Assembly: GCA_028023455.1 (NCBI GenBank)
Contig: JAQFVV010000001.1
Span: 17,112,001 to 17,176,000 of the forward strand
Length of the DNA: 64,000 nucleotides
Source of the DNA: Epiperipatus broadwayi
Lineage: Eukaryota; Animalia; Onychophora
Direction: 5' to 3'
This document shows, in pieces, positions 11,493 to 25,700 of this stretch. Each line of letters starts with the position of its first letter. Position 1 is the first letter of the stretch. Position numbers and translations under genes: made by a program. Under the pieces are notes generated by a model. That model searched no databases. It saw only the letters and a list, made by a program, of their open reading frames with translations, and had not been told where the DNA came from.

Positions 11493-14472
11493 ATGATAAA
11501 GATTTTTCCCAATTATACAATTATGACAGACAAAAATAAAGCATGGCCCTTAATCCCAGGAGGCTGTAAAGTCACCAACCAAGGCAGCGGTTGGTGGCCG
11601 AAGGTGGAGGGTGCTAAGAATATCCTGGAGGCGGACCCAGGCTGCCATTTGATGACGACTTTTTATTTAGGTACTTACAACTGCAGATCACTTTCAAGTG
11701 AAGGAAGATTGCAAGAATTAGAAGAAGAACTCTCTTATATTAAATGGGATATTATTGGACTTTGTGAAGTTAGAAGAAAAGGTGAAGAGACAATTGATTT
11801 AAAAAGTGGACATATGCTCTATTATAAAGGCACAAATATTGGAAATACAAGTGGAGTAGGATTCATTATAAATAAAAAGTGGAAGAACAATATTGTGGAG
11901 ATTGATGGTGTATCAGACAGAGTGGCAAGATTAGTTATACAACTTAATAGCAGATATCAAATGCAGATAATTCAGGTTTATGCCCCAACAAGTTCTCACA
12001 GTGATGAAGTAGTGGAAGATTTTTATATGGATGTACAAAAGGCTTTTGATCAGAGTAAACAACATTTTAAAATTGTTATGGGAGATTTTAATGCTAGAAT
12101 TGGTAAACAAATGAAAGATGAAAGTGTTGTAGGTAATTTTGGTTATGGTAATAGAAATGAGAGAGGACATAGACTTGTGGAGTTTGCAGAGAAGGAAAAA
12201 CTTTATATTATGAATTCTTTTTTTGAGAAAAATGTTAGAAGGAAATGGACATGGAAGCATCCAAATGAAGGTACAGCAGAATTGGATTATATTTTGACTA
12301 ACAGGAAATACATATTTCAAGATTGTAATGTTCTTAATAAATTTAACACAGGAAGTGATCATCGATTAGTAAGGGGTAAGATACATGTTAATGTAAAACT
12401 AGAGAGACAAAAATTATTAAGAAAAACTATATTTACAGTTGATATTCCTAATCTTCAGAAACATTCTAATGAATTTAAATTAGAACTTACAAATCGGTTT
12501 CAAGTATTAGTAGATTTTGAACATGATTCAGATTTGAATGAAATTAATATGAAAATAACTGATACACTTTTAAAAACTGCAACAAAGATAGCTGGTAGAA
12601 AAAAGCAGCAATTGACTAATAAAATGTCTACTGAGACTAGAGAACTTATGAAGAAAAGAAGGAATATGAAGATATGCAAGAATGATGCATTAAAAAGAAT
12701 TGAATATCTCGAATTTTGTAAAATGGTGCGGAAAAGAGTTGAAAATGATATAAGAAAGTATAACTGTGAACTAGCAAGAAAATCTGTAGAAGAAAATAAA
12801 AGTCTTAAGAATGTAAAACAACATTTTGGTATTGGTAGGAAATTTATATCTGCAATAAGGAAAAAAGATGGAATTATTACTAAAAAGAGGGATGACATTA
12901 TGAAATTGGTAGAAGATTTTTATCAAGAATTATATAGTAATAAAGAACAAGTACCTCCTATATCTATTACATCTTCCGAATTGCCCAGAATTTTAAATGA
13001 AGAAGTGAGAAATGCAATTAAATGTATGAAAAAAGGAAAGGCTCCAGGTAATGATGGAATTATAATTGATATATTAAAAGAAGCAGGTGAAGAAACAGAA
13101 AAAATATTAGCAAAGTTATATACCAAATGTCTAAATGATAAAGATGTACCGGATGATTGGAAGAATGCAGTAATAATATTAATATTTAAAAAAGGTGATA
13201 AAGAAGATATTAGAAATTACAGACCTATCAGCCTTTTATCAGTTTTATATAAAATTTTTACCAAGATAATTACAACTCGTCTACAGAGAACATTGGATTT
13301 TCACCAACCAAGAGAACAAGCTGGATTTAAAAGTGGTTTTAGTACAGTAGATCATATTCAAGTATTGAGAGAAGTTATAGAAAGTACAAATGAATATGAG
13401 TTGTCATTATGTTTTGGATTTGTAGATTATGAAAAGGCATTTGATTCTATAAACATTTCTTCAGTGATTAAAGCATTGGATCATCAAGGTATAGATCCAG
13501 GATATTGTCATATTTTAAAGAATATTTATAAAAATGCAACAGCAACAATTAGATTACATAATGATACTGGGAAAGTCAACATTGAGAAAGGTGTAAGACA
13601 AGGTGACTCCATATCTCCAAAACTTTTTACAGAAGTGCTGCAAGAAGTATTTTGTGGATTAAAATGGGAAACTAAAGGAGTGAAAGTAAATGGAGATTAT
13701 TTAAGTCATTTAGATTTCGCAGATGATGTAGTTGTTTTTGCAAATAATGCTTCCGAGCTGCAGGAAATGTTGCAGGAGTTATCAGATGAAAGTAGGACTA
13801 AAGATAAATGTTAAAAAGACTAAAGTAATGTTTAATCGATTTGCTCCAAATATGAAAATAAAGATTGATTATGATGAATTAGAACAAGTTAAGAGTTACA
13901 AATACCTTGGTCAGATTATTAATACAGATGGAAACATAATAGAGGAAATTAATCATAGAATTAAACTTGGTTGGGGTGCTTTTGGTAGAAATAACTTGAT
14001 ATTAAAAGGAAATATGCCTATGTGTTTGAAAAGAAAGGTTTTTAACAAATGTGTTTTACCAGTTCTTACTTATGGATCTGAGACTTGGACACTTAATAGA
14101 AGATCAATACAGAGACTTCAGACCACTCAAAGAAGTATGGAGAGATGTATGTTGGGAGTAACAAGAAGAGATCGAAAATGCAATGTATGGGTAAGAGAAC
14201 AAACAGGTGTTACTGACCTCATTGAAAAAATTAAAAGATTGAAGTGGAGTTGGGCTGGACATATTGCTAGAAGAGATGATAATAGATGGACAATTGAAAT
14301 TTTAAACTGGATTCCAAGAGATTGTAAAAGACCCAGAAGGAGACCACATGTAAGATGGATGGATGAAATAAGAAAATGTGTAGGGGTGATGTGGAGAAGA
14401 GAAGCTAAAGATCAGAGAAGATGGATTAAACTTGGAGAGACCTTCATCCTGCAGTGGATTGATAATGGTTGA
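11493..14472 (+). pseudogene. RTE ORF (AP endonuclease plus reverse transcriptase), split into ORFs 11493-13814 and 13732-14472 by an 8-bp deletion
   Basis: APE motifs [21 protein letters not shown] and GSDH; RT motifs [28 protein letters not shown] and FADD; RTE C-terminus LKWSWAGHIARR...LQW. Confidence 0.95.
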
Positions 14473-14486
14473 TAATGATGATGATG

Positions 14487-14512
<26 letters not shown>
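14487..14512. repeat. (AT)n microsatellite
   Basis: Direct read. Confidence 0.95.
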
Positions 14513-14518
<6 letters not shown>

Positions 14519-15692
14519 GTAAAAAGAAAAACTTCTTTTACTATTAGAAATAATGAATTAAGTTTTGATTCATACTATCTATATTTTTTATATGTACACA
14601 CATACATGTGCATTTATGTATTATTAAAAACAAAGTGAATATTTTTAAAAGTCTATGGCAATTTGTAAAAATGAATTTCATTTATAGGTTTATGACAATT
14701 GAAGTATGTTAATTTTTTTATACAGGAACATCTGTGTTCTGATACATACATGCTTTGTGAACCTATTGACATATTGGTAAATCACAATGTTATAGCTTAT
14801 TTTTTGTATTAATCAAAATCAGAATGCCAAATTTATATTTATGGCATACTGAGCAGACCTTAATGTCATTTTGTTGTTTCTAATTAATAAATTTATATTT
14901 CATTGTTAAAGTTACTCTAGCGAATTTATTTAACCCTGAAATATTATAAATTATTACATATAGGATTATATCTCTATCTCACAGTAACAATTACGGATCT
15001 TTTGATCACTGAGCTGAATTTGTACATAATGATCTATTATATAAAAGGGGTTTATATTTAGTATTATGAAGATCCAGATGATAATGATGCTGAATGGTGC
15101 AAAGAGAATATTCTTTAAAGTCCATGTACTATATTTCATTTTAATTATTTATTTAGAAATTAAGTTTACAGTTGGCAAGCACATTAATAGTACTGAATGT
15201 CCAGAGCATTGATGATGATCAGCATGTTTTAGTATCCCAGAATTGTATTTTTAATTGTTATATTCTTATGGATTAACACTTAAGTTTGTGCATCTAAATT
15301 ATTGTTTAAATAATCTGCCCCAAGTTGGTAAGAACTAAATAATTATCCTGGTCTATAGTAAACCAATTTCAAATCCAGTCACCAGATTGACTTGTTGATA
15401 ATTCATAAAAATGAATGATTATTACTTTTATGTAATGCTGGTGAACTTATAGTCACTTCTTTTATATTTGATTTTATATTTTACTGACTTGGGGATGATG
15501 ATGATGAATGCTATCACCTTGGGTTTACCCTTAATTTTCTGTTAAACAATCATTATTATGTTATCAAAGATAATCAGTGCTTCACATCTGTAATGTTAAT
15601 CTAGCTGATTTTAGAAAATGAATGAATTTGAACTATTACTTATATAAGCATTGAATATCTGTAATGGTATCCAATGATTGTTTAGATGAAAT

Positions 15693-16770
15693 ACAAGCTG
15701 GATTTAAAAGTGGCTTTACTTCAGTGGATCATTTCCAAGTATTGATAAAAGTTATAGAAAGGACCAATGAATATGAATTGCCATTAAACTTGGGATGTGT
15801 AGAATGAATAGGTATTATCAAGGTATTGACCAAGAATATTGTCATATTATGAAGAATATTATAAAAATGCAACAGCAACAATTAGATTACATAATGATAC
15901 TAAAAAATTAACATTAAGACAAGGGGTACAGCAGAGTCTGTCTATATCTCCAAAACTTTTTACAGCAGTTTTGCAAGAAGTGTTTGCTGGATTAAAATGA
16001 AAAGCTAAGTGAATAAAAGTAAATGAAAAATTATTTAAGTTAGCTGGATTTTTTAGATGATGTAGTTGTTTTTGCAAATAATGCTTTAGAGCTTCAGAAA
16101 ATTTGCAAAAAGTTATCAGATGAAAGTAAGAAAGTAGGTTTAAAGATAAATGTTAAAAAAGACTAAAGTAATGTTTAATAAATTGTTTCAAAAGAAGAAA
16201 ATAAAAATTGATAATGATGAGTTGGAAACATAATGGATGAAATTAATCATAGAAATTAAACTTGGTAGGAGTTTGGTAGAAATAACTTAATATCAAAAGG
16301 AAATATACCTATGTGTTTGAAAAGAACATTTTAATAAACATTTTACCAGTTCTCACTTATGATTCTGAGATTTGGACACATAACAGAAAAGTAATACAAA
16401 GACTCCAGATCACTCAACAAAGTATGGAGAGATGTATGTTAGGAGTAATAAGAAAAGTTCAAAAATGAGGTACATGGATGAGAGAACTAACAAGTGTTAC
16501 TAACTTCATTGAAAGAATTAAGAGCTTAAAGTGGAGTTGAACTGGACATATTGCAAAAAGAGATGATATTAGAAGGACAATTGAAATCTTAAACTGGATT
16601 CCAAGAGATTATAAAAGACCTAGAAAAAGACTGCATGTGAAATTGATGGATGGAATAAGAAAGTGAGCTAGGGTGATGTGTAGAAGAGGAGCTAGAATCA
16701 GAGAAGATGGATTGAACTTGGAGAGATCTTCATCCTGCAGTGGATCGGTAATGACTGAAAATGATGATGA
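15693..16770 (+). mobile_element. 5'-truncated decayed RTE copy of the same family
   Basis: Collinear with ~13315-14480 (CAAGCTGGATTTAAAAGTGG ... CTTCATCCTGCAGTGGAT); many indels and stops; GAT-type tail. Confidence 0.93.
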
Positions 16771-19700
16771 GATATGATAAACCCAAATCTCAATGTAAAA
16801 TTATTCTATCGCTACTGATTTGTTTATGATATTGATTGCATAGTTTCTTGTTTGCTAATAGGATTCTGCTCTACAATTAATAACAGATCCATTTACTGTA
16901 TCTACTCATTACATTCTTTCCTTCTGATAGAGACTATCCAATTGCAACAATGTTAAGAAATATTCTGAGCAGATGTAACAACATTAACACCAACATTTTG
17001 TAATTCAGATTAACTGAACAAAATTTAAATAAAAAATAGTTATGATATAAATGAATGGTGCCAAAACTGTGAATGCAGGAAGTTTGATACTTGTAAATCA
17101 GTTATAGTAATTTTTTATTTATAAACATTCTACTTTTGAAATTAACGACATATAGATAAGCAAGCAACACTAGTGTGATTACTGTGTTTATTTTACTTAT
17201 TTATATTTTAAACATCATGCATATACACATGTACACTTATGCTTTAAATTTTTATTTTGATAAATATGCTAACATCTATAAATATATTAAATAAAAACAG
17301 TGCAGAATTAAATCTTTTCTTAGAAGCACTTTAATTTTATGGCATTTTATTTTATAAAATACATCTGAATATGTTGTGCCTGGTTTGATTCAAAAGATAA
17401 AGATGTATGGTTCAATTATCACCGTGATAAAATATCAGTTTGATCGATTGAGTGGAATTGGATTTAGATAAGAAATTTAAAAAAAAAAAAACTGAAGATA
17501 ATCTGGTTAGTTGATTATACTCAACTTCACATGCAGCAACTTATTCGATTATTTGTTTTATTCTTTGCATTATACAGACTACATATTCAAGGACAAAAGA
17601 ACAATTTTATAAATTCAGCTAAAATTAATTTTAGATTTTTTATACATACGGTATATATAAATATCATTATTATTTGGTTTTCAATATTACTTTGTTCAGT
17701 TTAAAATTAAAATACGTAACATTTGTGTGAATTACGAGATGTTAGAATGGAGAGCTAGTGACGACAAATTGCCACTTATGGTAAATCTAGTGCTATTTAT
17801 TATTTAATCAACATCCTTATTTTGATTTGTTTTCTTGAGTTGTTTTACGGTACAGAATTTATTATTCACAAATGTGAAATCTGCTATATAACTTTTATAG
17901 AGGCATGACCCCCCCCCCCGAAACTCTGATAATAAATGCTATGATTTCAATTTATTAATACTTCTTCCACTCCATTTAAACAAAATAAAATATATTTAAA
18001 TTTCTATAAAACTCGTTTACGTTGAAAAATTTTTTTTTTCTCAAAATAAATATTTTCAATCAATTTAAAAAGATTATAGTTTATTACTCAACAAAATTAT
18101 ATTTTGATATAAAGGTATTTTAAGTTTAAAAAAAATTGGAATAGTAATAATATATATTTTTAGACTAAATGTTTGGACATTTTCCAAGTACCTTATTTAT
18201 TACAAAAATTATAATAAATGAAGTAGAGTAAACAACAACAGGCAGTCTCAAGAATGTTAATGACTAAATATAATAAAAAAGAGACAAAACACATCCTTAG
18301 TATAATTGTTTAATAATTATTTATGTTTACATTACTAAGGTAATATTACAGTTTGTTGTCAAACTACATTTAAGCTATAAATTACTTAAAAATTTAAGGT
18401 TGGAAAATTTAATGCTTTTATTTTCAGATTCCATTCTCGATCTTCTCTCACCACTTTCATAATTATCATTATTATATATTCTCTAATTTTCTTTTTTTTT
18501 TATATTACCCTTTAAATTATTTTAATATAAAGATTAAGCAGATGAAAATTTGGAAAGTTTTTTGTTCTTACTGACTAATACTGGATGTTTAGCTAAATTT
18601 GTTATAAACTAACTAATTGGAAAAAAAAATTCTAAGTCTGAACATAACTTATAAATAATTTCAAGTTTTACTTTGAATTTAAATCTGGTTATAAAAATGG
18701 CAGGTTGAAATACTACTATTATATATAAGGTCTTTTTTTTATTACACATAAATTATTAGATCTTCAATATTTATGATTTTATTTAACTTACTTATTTTCA
18801 TATTATCCAACACAGATATTTATTAGTCTCAAAAAAACTTACTTATTGCATTATATCTTACTTGCTTTGTATTAGTTTGATAGAAAAACAGATTTAGATG
18901 TGGAAAAGTTTTTTCTTTAATGATAATAAAGTTTAGAAATGGAATATAAGTATTATTTTAAAAGTAATTTGATTACCTAATAAAAACATAAAGTAAAAAA
19001 AAATTTTTAAAAAAATTATATTAATTTCTTTTTTTCATAAAACCATAAAAAAATATTAGAACATCTACTGCTCTAGATTTTTATTATTATAAAGGAATGG
19101 TATTCTTTATTAAAAAAAAAATCAAAAAATAAACAGTTTATTAAAATTTTTATTAGTATTAATTTTTTTTTTTTAAAGAATAGAGAAGCAACTGAGCTTT
19201 TATTAGATTTATATATAATTTAGAATAAATCTGTTATTGCATAAAAAATAATTTAGATTGCGAGAAATTATTAAAAACATAATCGTTGGTGTGAAGAAGA
19301 GGCCATTTATTTATAATACATTTATTGTTATTATTAATAAAAAAAGTTTTTTAAAAACAATAATATCTACTTATATTAGTAATTCTGTAATGTAAAAAAT
19401 GTATAAGGTCTGTATATTAATGTTCTATTTATTAAATGTATTAAGATGTTTAGAACTGTGGTAAGTGATGGACTAAATATTAAGAAAAATATAGGATAGA
19501 TTTCCAAGCTGAGAGAAGTAAAAACCAAAAGTCATAGTTTGACCAATTGATTAAAATTGAGTGCTGACTTATTTCTTTTGTGCAAAAAGGGAAATGATAA
19601 GTGACCGTTAGATCGTTTATTTATTAAATTACATTATAAAAATCTTTTAGGTTAAGATAAATAAAAACAAAACAAAAGTTTTAGTGTGGTCATTTGAATC

Positions 19701-20089
19701 AAATTGTGTGCTGAACCTAGCATGCTAGAAATCACATGATCGTCTGAGATATTTTATTAAATTATATTGCCGACATTTTAAGATCTTATTAAAATGCAGA
19801 TTAAAATTAAATTTATATTTAAGCATTGTATACACACATAAAATTAAAATTATTAATGTTTTCACGGTTATATGATAAAAATATCTTTTATGGTGTAAAT
19901 TATTTTGCTATAATTTTCAATATTTTGAAGGAAGTAACATTCATCCTTAATAAAGTTAAGGTCTTAATGAAGAACTGTTATATCTTAAGTAATAAGGAGA
20001 TTGAACACGAAGTAAAGAACAATCATTCTTATATATATATTTGATGGTTGATTATTCAGAATAAATTGTTTAAATTTTTTTTAATATTT

Positions 20090-21481
20090 TCTTCATTGAA
20101 AAGCTGTTGATGGAATGCTCAAAGCTCTTGTTGATACCAATCTTATTGTCATACCTATGTTGATTTTAATTCACTGACCCTTCATGTATAGAATGTTAAT
20201 ATGTCCATTTAAATACACAGAAGAGGGATGGGCAGAATACAAGCTGAATATGTAATATTTAAGTACAAATATATTGTCTATACTAAACTTAATATAATTA
20301 GAAAGAATTTGAACTCAGAATTTGAAAATCCTTACAGCTATCCACTCCATCTTGTATAACTGATATACATGATCACATACATGTAATAAAGATAAATGAT
20401 CTCCAATATACATATCTTTTTCACATGTATGTGGTCATGTGTATTGGTTTTATAAGATGAGGAGATAGATGTAGGGAGGTTGAAAGTCTGAGTTCAAATC
20501 CTTCTTAATTACATTAAGTTCAGTATAGATAATATATTTGTATTTAAATATTATTTATTCAGTTTGTATTCTGCTCATCCTTCTATGTATTTAAATAGAT
20601 ATATTAAGGTGCTATATGTGAGAGATCAGAGTGACTTTAAGTCAATGTGGATATGACAATAAGATTGGCATCAATAAGGGCCTTGAGCATTATACATCAT
20701 CAGATTTTTAATGATATGAATGTCTGAAGAGTTGGAGAGTGGAGAAGATATGATGATTTTCTATCTTAATATAAACTGAGCACTGATTATAGATATATGA
20801 GATGATGATCTGCACAAACTGATAAGAGCTGGTTCACCATGAAATGCATATATTGTTGATCAGTTTTTTATGTGGTCATGTGTATGGGTTATATAAGAGG
20901 AAGCGAATAGCTGTAGGGAGCTTGAAAGTCTGAGTTCAAATTCCTTTTAGTTATATTAAGTTCAGTATAGACAATACACTTGTATTTAAATATTATATAT
21001 TCAGCCTATAGTCTTGCCCATACCTCTTCTATGAATTTAAATGGACATATTAAGGTTCTATACATGAGAGGTCAGAGTGACTTAAAGTCAACATGAGTAT
21101 AAAAATAAGATTGGCATCAACAAAAGTTTTGAGTTTTCGATCATCAGGTTTTTAATGATGTAGATGTCTGAAGAGTTGTAGGATGGAGAAAAGTGAATCC
21201 TATCCATTAAAGCTTGAAGATATGCTATCTTAATATAATCTGGGAATTCATTATATAAATGTGTGAGAGATGATGATCTGGACTAACTGATAAATGCTGG
21301 TTCTGCATGAAATACATATATTGGAGATCATATATCTTTTTTTATGTGTATATGGTCATGCATATTAGTTGTATAAGATGTAGTGGATAGCTGTAGGAAA
21401 CTTGAAAGTCTGAGTTCAAATCCCTTGTAATTACATTAAATTCACTATAGGCAATATACTTGTATTTAAATATTATATATA
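20090..21481 (+). repeat. Array of ~440-480-bp hammerhead-bearing units: one inverted partial unit followed by ~2.4 tandem units
   Basis: TTGAAAGTCTGAGTTCAAAT recurs at ~20480, 20922 and 21402; 20090-20410 is the reverse complement of ~20410-20720; hammerhead-like cores at 20819-20855 and 21283-21324. Confidence 0.88.
21283..21324 (+). ncRNA. Hammerhead motif with mutated core (G8 to A)
   Basis: CTAA-CTGATAA-ATGC/TGGTTCT/GCAT-GAAA-TACATATA-TTGG; matches the 33946-33989 copy, which has intact CTGATGA. Confidence 0.65.
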
Positions 21482-21483
21482 TA

Positions 21484-22349
21484 TCGTGACAGCACAAACC
21501 TTTCTCAGTATGCATATAGATTAATGGGTTCATAACAATGGATGGAGAAGTACATTTTGGCACTCATACTTATGCATACTCAGCACATATTGAATTCATA
21601 CTTAGAAGAGGAAAGATTAAGAACTAACTAAATATTAACTCTACACTTAATTTACTTCATCTGTATTGCACTTTACTTGCACTGTTCCAGATTTCAAACC
21701 CAGAGAAAATTTGTGTGATGATTTGGTTCAGGCTATTGTGTTTAATAAAGAATATTACTTTAAATAAAAAAAAAATATTTGTATCCACAGAGTATGAGTC
21801 GATGTAAAATAAACATATGTTTGCTAATGGGAATGGATATGATATCATGTATAAACACATGTAATGTTAGTAAATATGTGGAAGGATATGAATAATTAAA
21901 ATTTGACCACAGAAAAATAAAACAAGAATTATACTTTAATGTTTGAATAAATTTAATAATCATATATACAGTGATTAGTATTTAAACAGAAAAAAAATTA
22001 AAACAAAATTGTGAAACATTCACTTAGGTGTTTGCAGTTAATCTTTGTTCATATGTGGTTTTTAACATTATCCCAAACCTGATCCCCCAAAGAATAGCCA
22101 CTCAACATCCTGATTAATCTGAATAATTTTCATACTATATTAAAATTGCCATACATTTATTTGATTAATCTAATCTTTTACACCTCTATTTGACATTATG
22201 ATGGTTTATGATCCCCCTATTATGAACAATGTTTGTGCTATAAATGAGAAAGACTATTCATGACATAAATAATTAATGAGATATTAAAAGAAAATATGAA
22301 ATAGAAACAGTTAACACAAGCATTGAAATAAACAAATAACAAAAATGTA
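21484..22349 (-). repeat. Inverted partial copy of the 3' part of the neighbouring LTR
   Basis: Reverse complement aligns with ~23712-24517 and ~28950-29777 (e.g. GGAGAAGTACAT, CAGATTTCAAACCCAG, GAATAGCCACTCAACATC). Confidence 0.88.
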
Positions 22350-25089
22350 TGTGTTTTAGATACCTCCAATAGCCCTCCAATACCTAGTACACACCATAAG
22401 GCTCAATTCTAATTCAAAACCCATGATATTAACCTTACTCATTAATCAATAGATTAGTAAAAGTTAGGTACACAAATTAACAAAACAGTAACTACAATCT
22501 ACATTTAAAATCCTAACCTAAATAAATAATAAACAAAGATTTAAATGAAATCTACCAAACAAACATGACAATTAACTGCTTACAACCACTACTATCAAAT
22601 GTGTTATAATTGCAAACACAATGCAATAATACTTACTAGATCAGATGAATGAATGTGATCAAAAAATAAAAAAAATAAAAACTAATAATATTAAAATAGA
22701 AAAACTTAAATAAAACAAAAATAATTTTCTTTTCTTATTGTTATTAACAAATAATTTACATTAATATTTAGTAAAGATGACATCAACAATGAAGTAGAAG
22801 GATGAGCACAAACATGCTTGAGTTGAACAATGAACTTTTTCAAATGATGATAAAAAAAATCTATTATCTGTGTGAGAACCTACAATTTCCTGTGTGAAAG
22901 AGTTGAAGTTAAAATTCAAAGACAAGTGTAAATCAATTTTGAGTGGTAATATTATCAAAACTGATATATAAATCTCCAGAAAGTGAGGGTAAATGTAAAC
23001 AAGTCAATATAACTAAATAAAGAATTTGAAATTAAAGTCTTCATAAATAATGTAGAAGTGCTCAAATTTCTAAAATTATCATTAATTTCCTGATATACAT
23101 CACAAAACCTAGATTTGAAACTATGCAATAAGATGAGACATTGACAATACTTATTCAAAACAAACTACTAAAGCAAATGTAATTAATAGTGAAAACAAAC
23201 ATGCAGAGACTAAGTGCAAGGAATATATTGAAGAAAGAAGGTTATCTGCAGAGCTATGACTTGTAAAGATCAGGATGGAATTGGCCTATCACTTCACACT
23301 GGTACTTACAAAAATCAAGCCGATTCATAATGAATTCATCTTATAGCTTTCCATTTCAAAACACTTGATGGAGTTCCTATCTATGCATAAATGAACCACC
23401 ATGGATTACTGGGACAAGTAATTAGGACATTTTTTATATAAACTTCAAAGTCAAGTTAAAGTTAATGTCATCTACATTCTTTATTTGTATATTAGATATA
23501 ATTTTGTTTTCTTTACTTTAATATAGGGGCAAAAAGTTTTAATGTTAATATTGATAAGTAATATAAAAAAGAAATAGTTTCATTTGTAGTATAAGCTTAA
23601 CCAAATAAAATCTATAATATATACTTGATTGTGCAAAAACCCAATTAATATCAAAAGAGAAAAGATAAGAAGTTACCTAATATGTATATAATTTAAACCT
23701 AATATATTCACAGCACATACATTTTCGTTATTTGTTTATTTCAATACTTGTTTTAACTGTTTCTTTTTTCATATTTTCTTTTTATATCTCATGAATGGTC
23801 TTCCTCATTTATAACACAAACATTTTACATAACAGGGGGATTCTAAACCATCAAGATGTCAAATAGAGGTATAAAAGATTAGATTAATCAAACAAATGTA
23901 TGACAATTTTATATATAGTTAAAAATTATTCAGGTTGATTGTGATGTTGAGTGGCTATTCTTTGAGAGATCAGGCTTTGGGATGTTAGAACCAAATATGA
24001 AAAAAGAATAACCACAAAAGGCTAAGTGAATGTTTCACAATTTGGTTTTAAATTTTTCTCTGTTTAAATACTAATCACTCTAAATATGATTATTAAACTT
24101 AATCAAACATTAAAGTATGATTCTTGGTTTATTTTTCTGTAGTCAAATTTTAATTAGTTCATATCCTTCCACATATTTATGATCATTTTATTTATATACA
24201 CGATCTCTATTCCTCCATTGCAACTTTGTTATTTTACACCTACTCATACTCCAGTGATACAAATATAACATAAACCAGATGATCAAAAAATTTTTCCCTG
24301 GGTTTGAAATCTGGAACAGTAGAAGTGAAGTACAATACAAATGGGGTAAATTAAGTGTAGAATTAATATTTAGTTAGTTACTAATCTCTCCTCTCCTAAG
24401 TATGGATTCAATATGTATGGGGTATGCATCAGTATGAACAACAAAGATGTACTTCTCCCTCCATCATGATGAACCCACTAACATATATGCATACCAAGAA
24501 AGGTCTGTTCCAACACATGTGGCACATCCAATTGTTGGGCATAAAACACATTGCAATTTTCAACACATTTTGGTTACCAATCCTTGGGCTTGAAAATTGT
24601 ACATCAGTATCACCCTCCACTATATGCATAAAATATATTCAATGACTGGTTAATATTATTTTGTATTAATACACAATTTTATATTTTAATCATAAAACAA
24701 TCAAACATAAACATAATTTAAAATTCATGCGAATATAATGAATTGAATTTGAACACAGAAATGTACTACAAATTGAAAATACAAACAAAACATATAGTAG
24801 TCAACAACTTAACTAGAATTGAAATTTGGAGATTATATACTAAGAATAAGGGGCCAAATAGAACAACAATTCCTGTGAATGTAAAATCATAGTTTGACAA
24901 GAATAGTAGAAGTGATCACAATGATTAAGACTTTCATGATATAAACTATGATTAGAAATATTTGATATAGTTTGAAAGTTAAAATAAGAAATAGAATAAT
25001 AAATTGGAAAAAAATAGTAATAGAGAAAATTCATGATTACTATGAGTCAAATTAAAATGCTTAGAACAAAAACAAGTATGAAAAGGGAA

Positions 25090-25700
25090 ACAAATTGAAA
25101 ATACAAAGTGAAATGATTAGAGAAGATGTGGGGGATAATATTGTAGATAATACAGATGAGGAAGAGACCTCAGTAATAAACATCTAGGTCCCAGAAACCA
25201 ATGAAACTCCAGATGACTAGTGAAAAGAAAGGGAATGCTAATGATGGATCATTTAATCAAATGATACTGATGATGCAGCAAATGTTCACACAGGTGGATA
25301 ATAAAATAATCTGTAAGGATAGAAAATAAATCAATCCATATGGATAATATGAAGGTAGATATGTCTGCCAATATGAAGAACATATCTCAAAGAATGAAAA
25401 CAGATCAACAGCATATGGTGGATGACATAACAGATGACTCATCAAAAAAATTAGATAATTTAAAAATTGAGCTGAAGACTGAAATGTCCCAAATACAAAC
25501 TGACCTTATTAACAAGATACAACAACATGAAAAAGTTGAAGCAAAATTTAAAAACAGAATAAACACTATGGTCATTGAAATAAAATGAACAGATGATAAT
25601 ACCAAACATAAATAGGAATTAAATTTAGAAGAACCTGAAAATCATGGTTTAGTTGATGAATCTCTAAAATTTAAAACAAATTCAAGTACTAAAAATATTA
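25090..25700 (+). pseudogene. gag-like coiled-coil relic
   Basis: Broken frames including ORF 25340-25588 (LDNLKIELKTEMSQIQTDLINKIQQHEKVEAKF), located just after the PBS region. Confidence 0.55.

Larger units (their letters stand above)
11225..14488 (+). mobile_element. Near full-length RTE-clade LINE
   Basis: Single APE-RT reading frame with one frameshift, a 5' UTR, and a (GAT)n tail at 14470-14488 abutting (AT)n. Confidence 0.96.

Noticed and set aside
11931-13126. Minus-strand ORFs overlapping the RTE ORF, and most other short ORFs in the track
   Set aside because: Antisense shadows of coding frames or low-complexity AT-rich chance ORFs.
22345-22349. ATGTA/ATATA as the TSD of the 22-30 kb LTR element
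   Set aside because: ATGTA is explained as part of the adjacent inverted LTR fragment.
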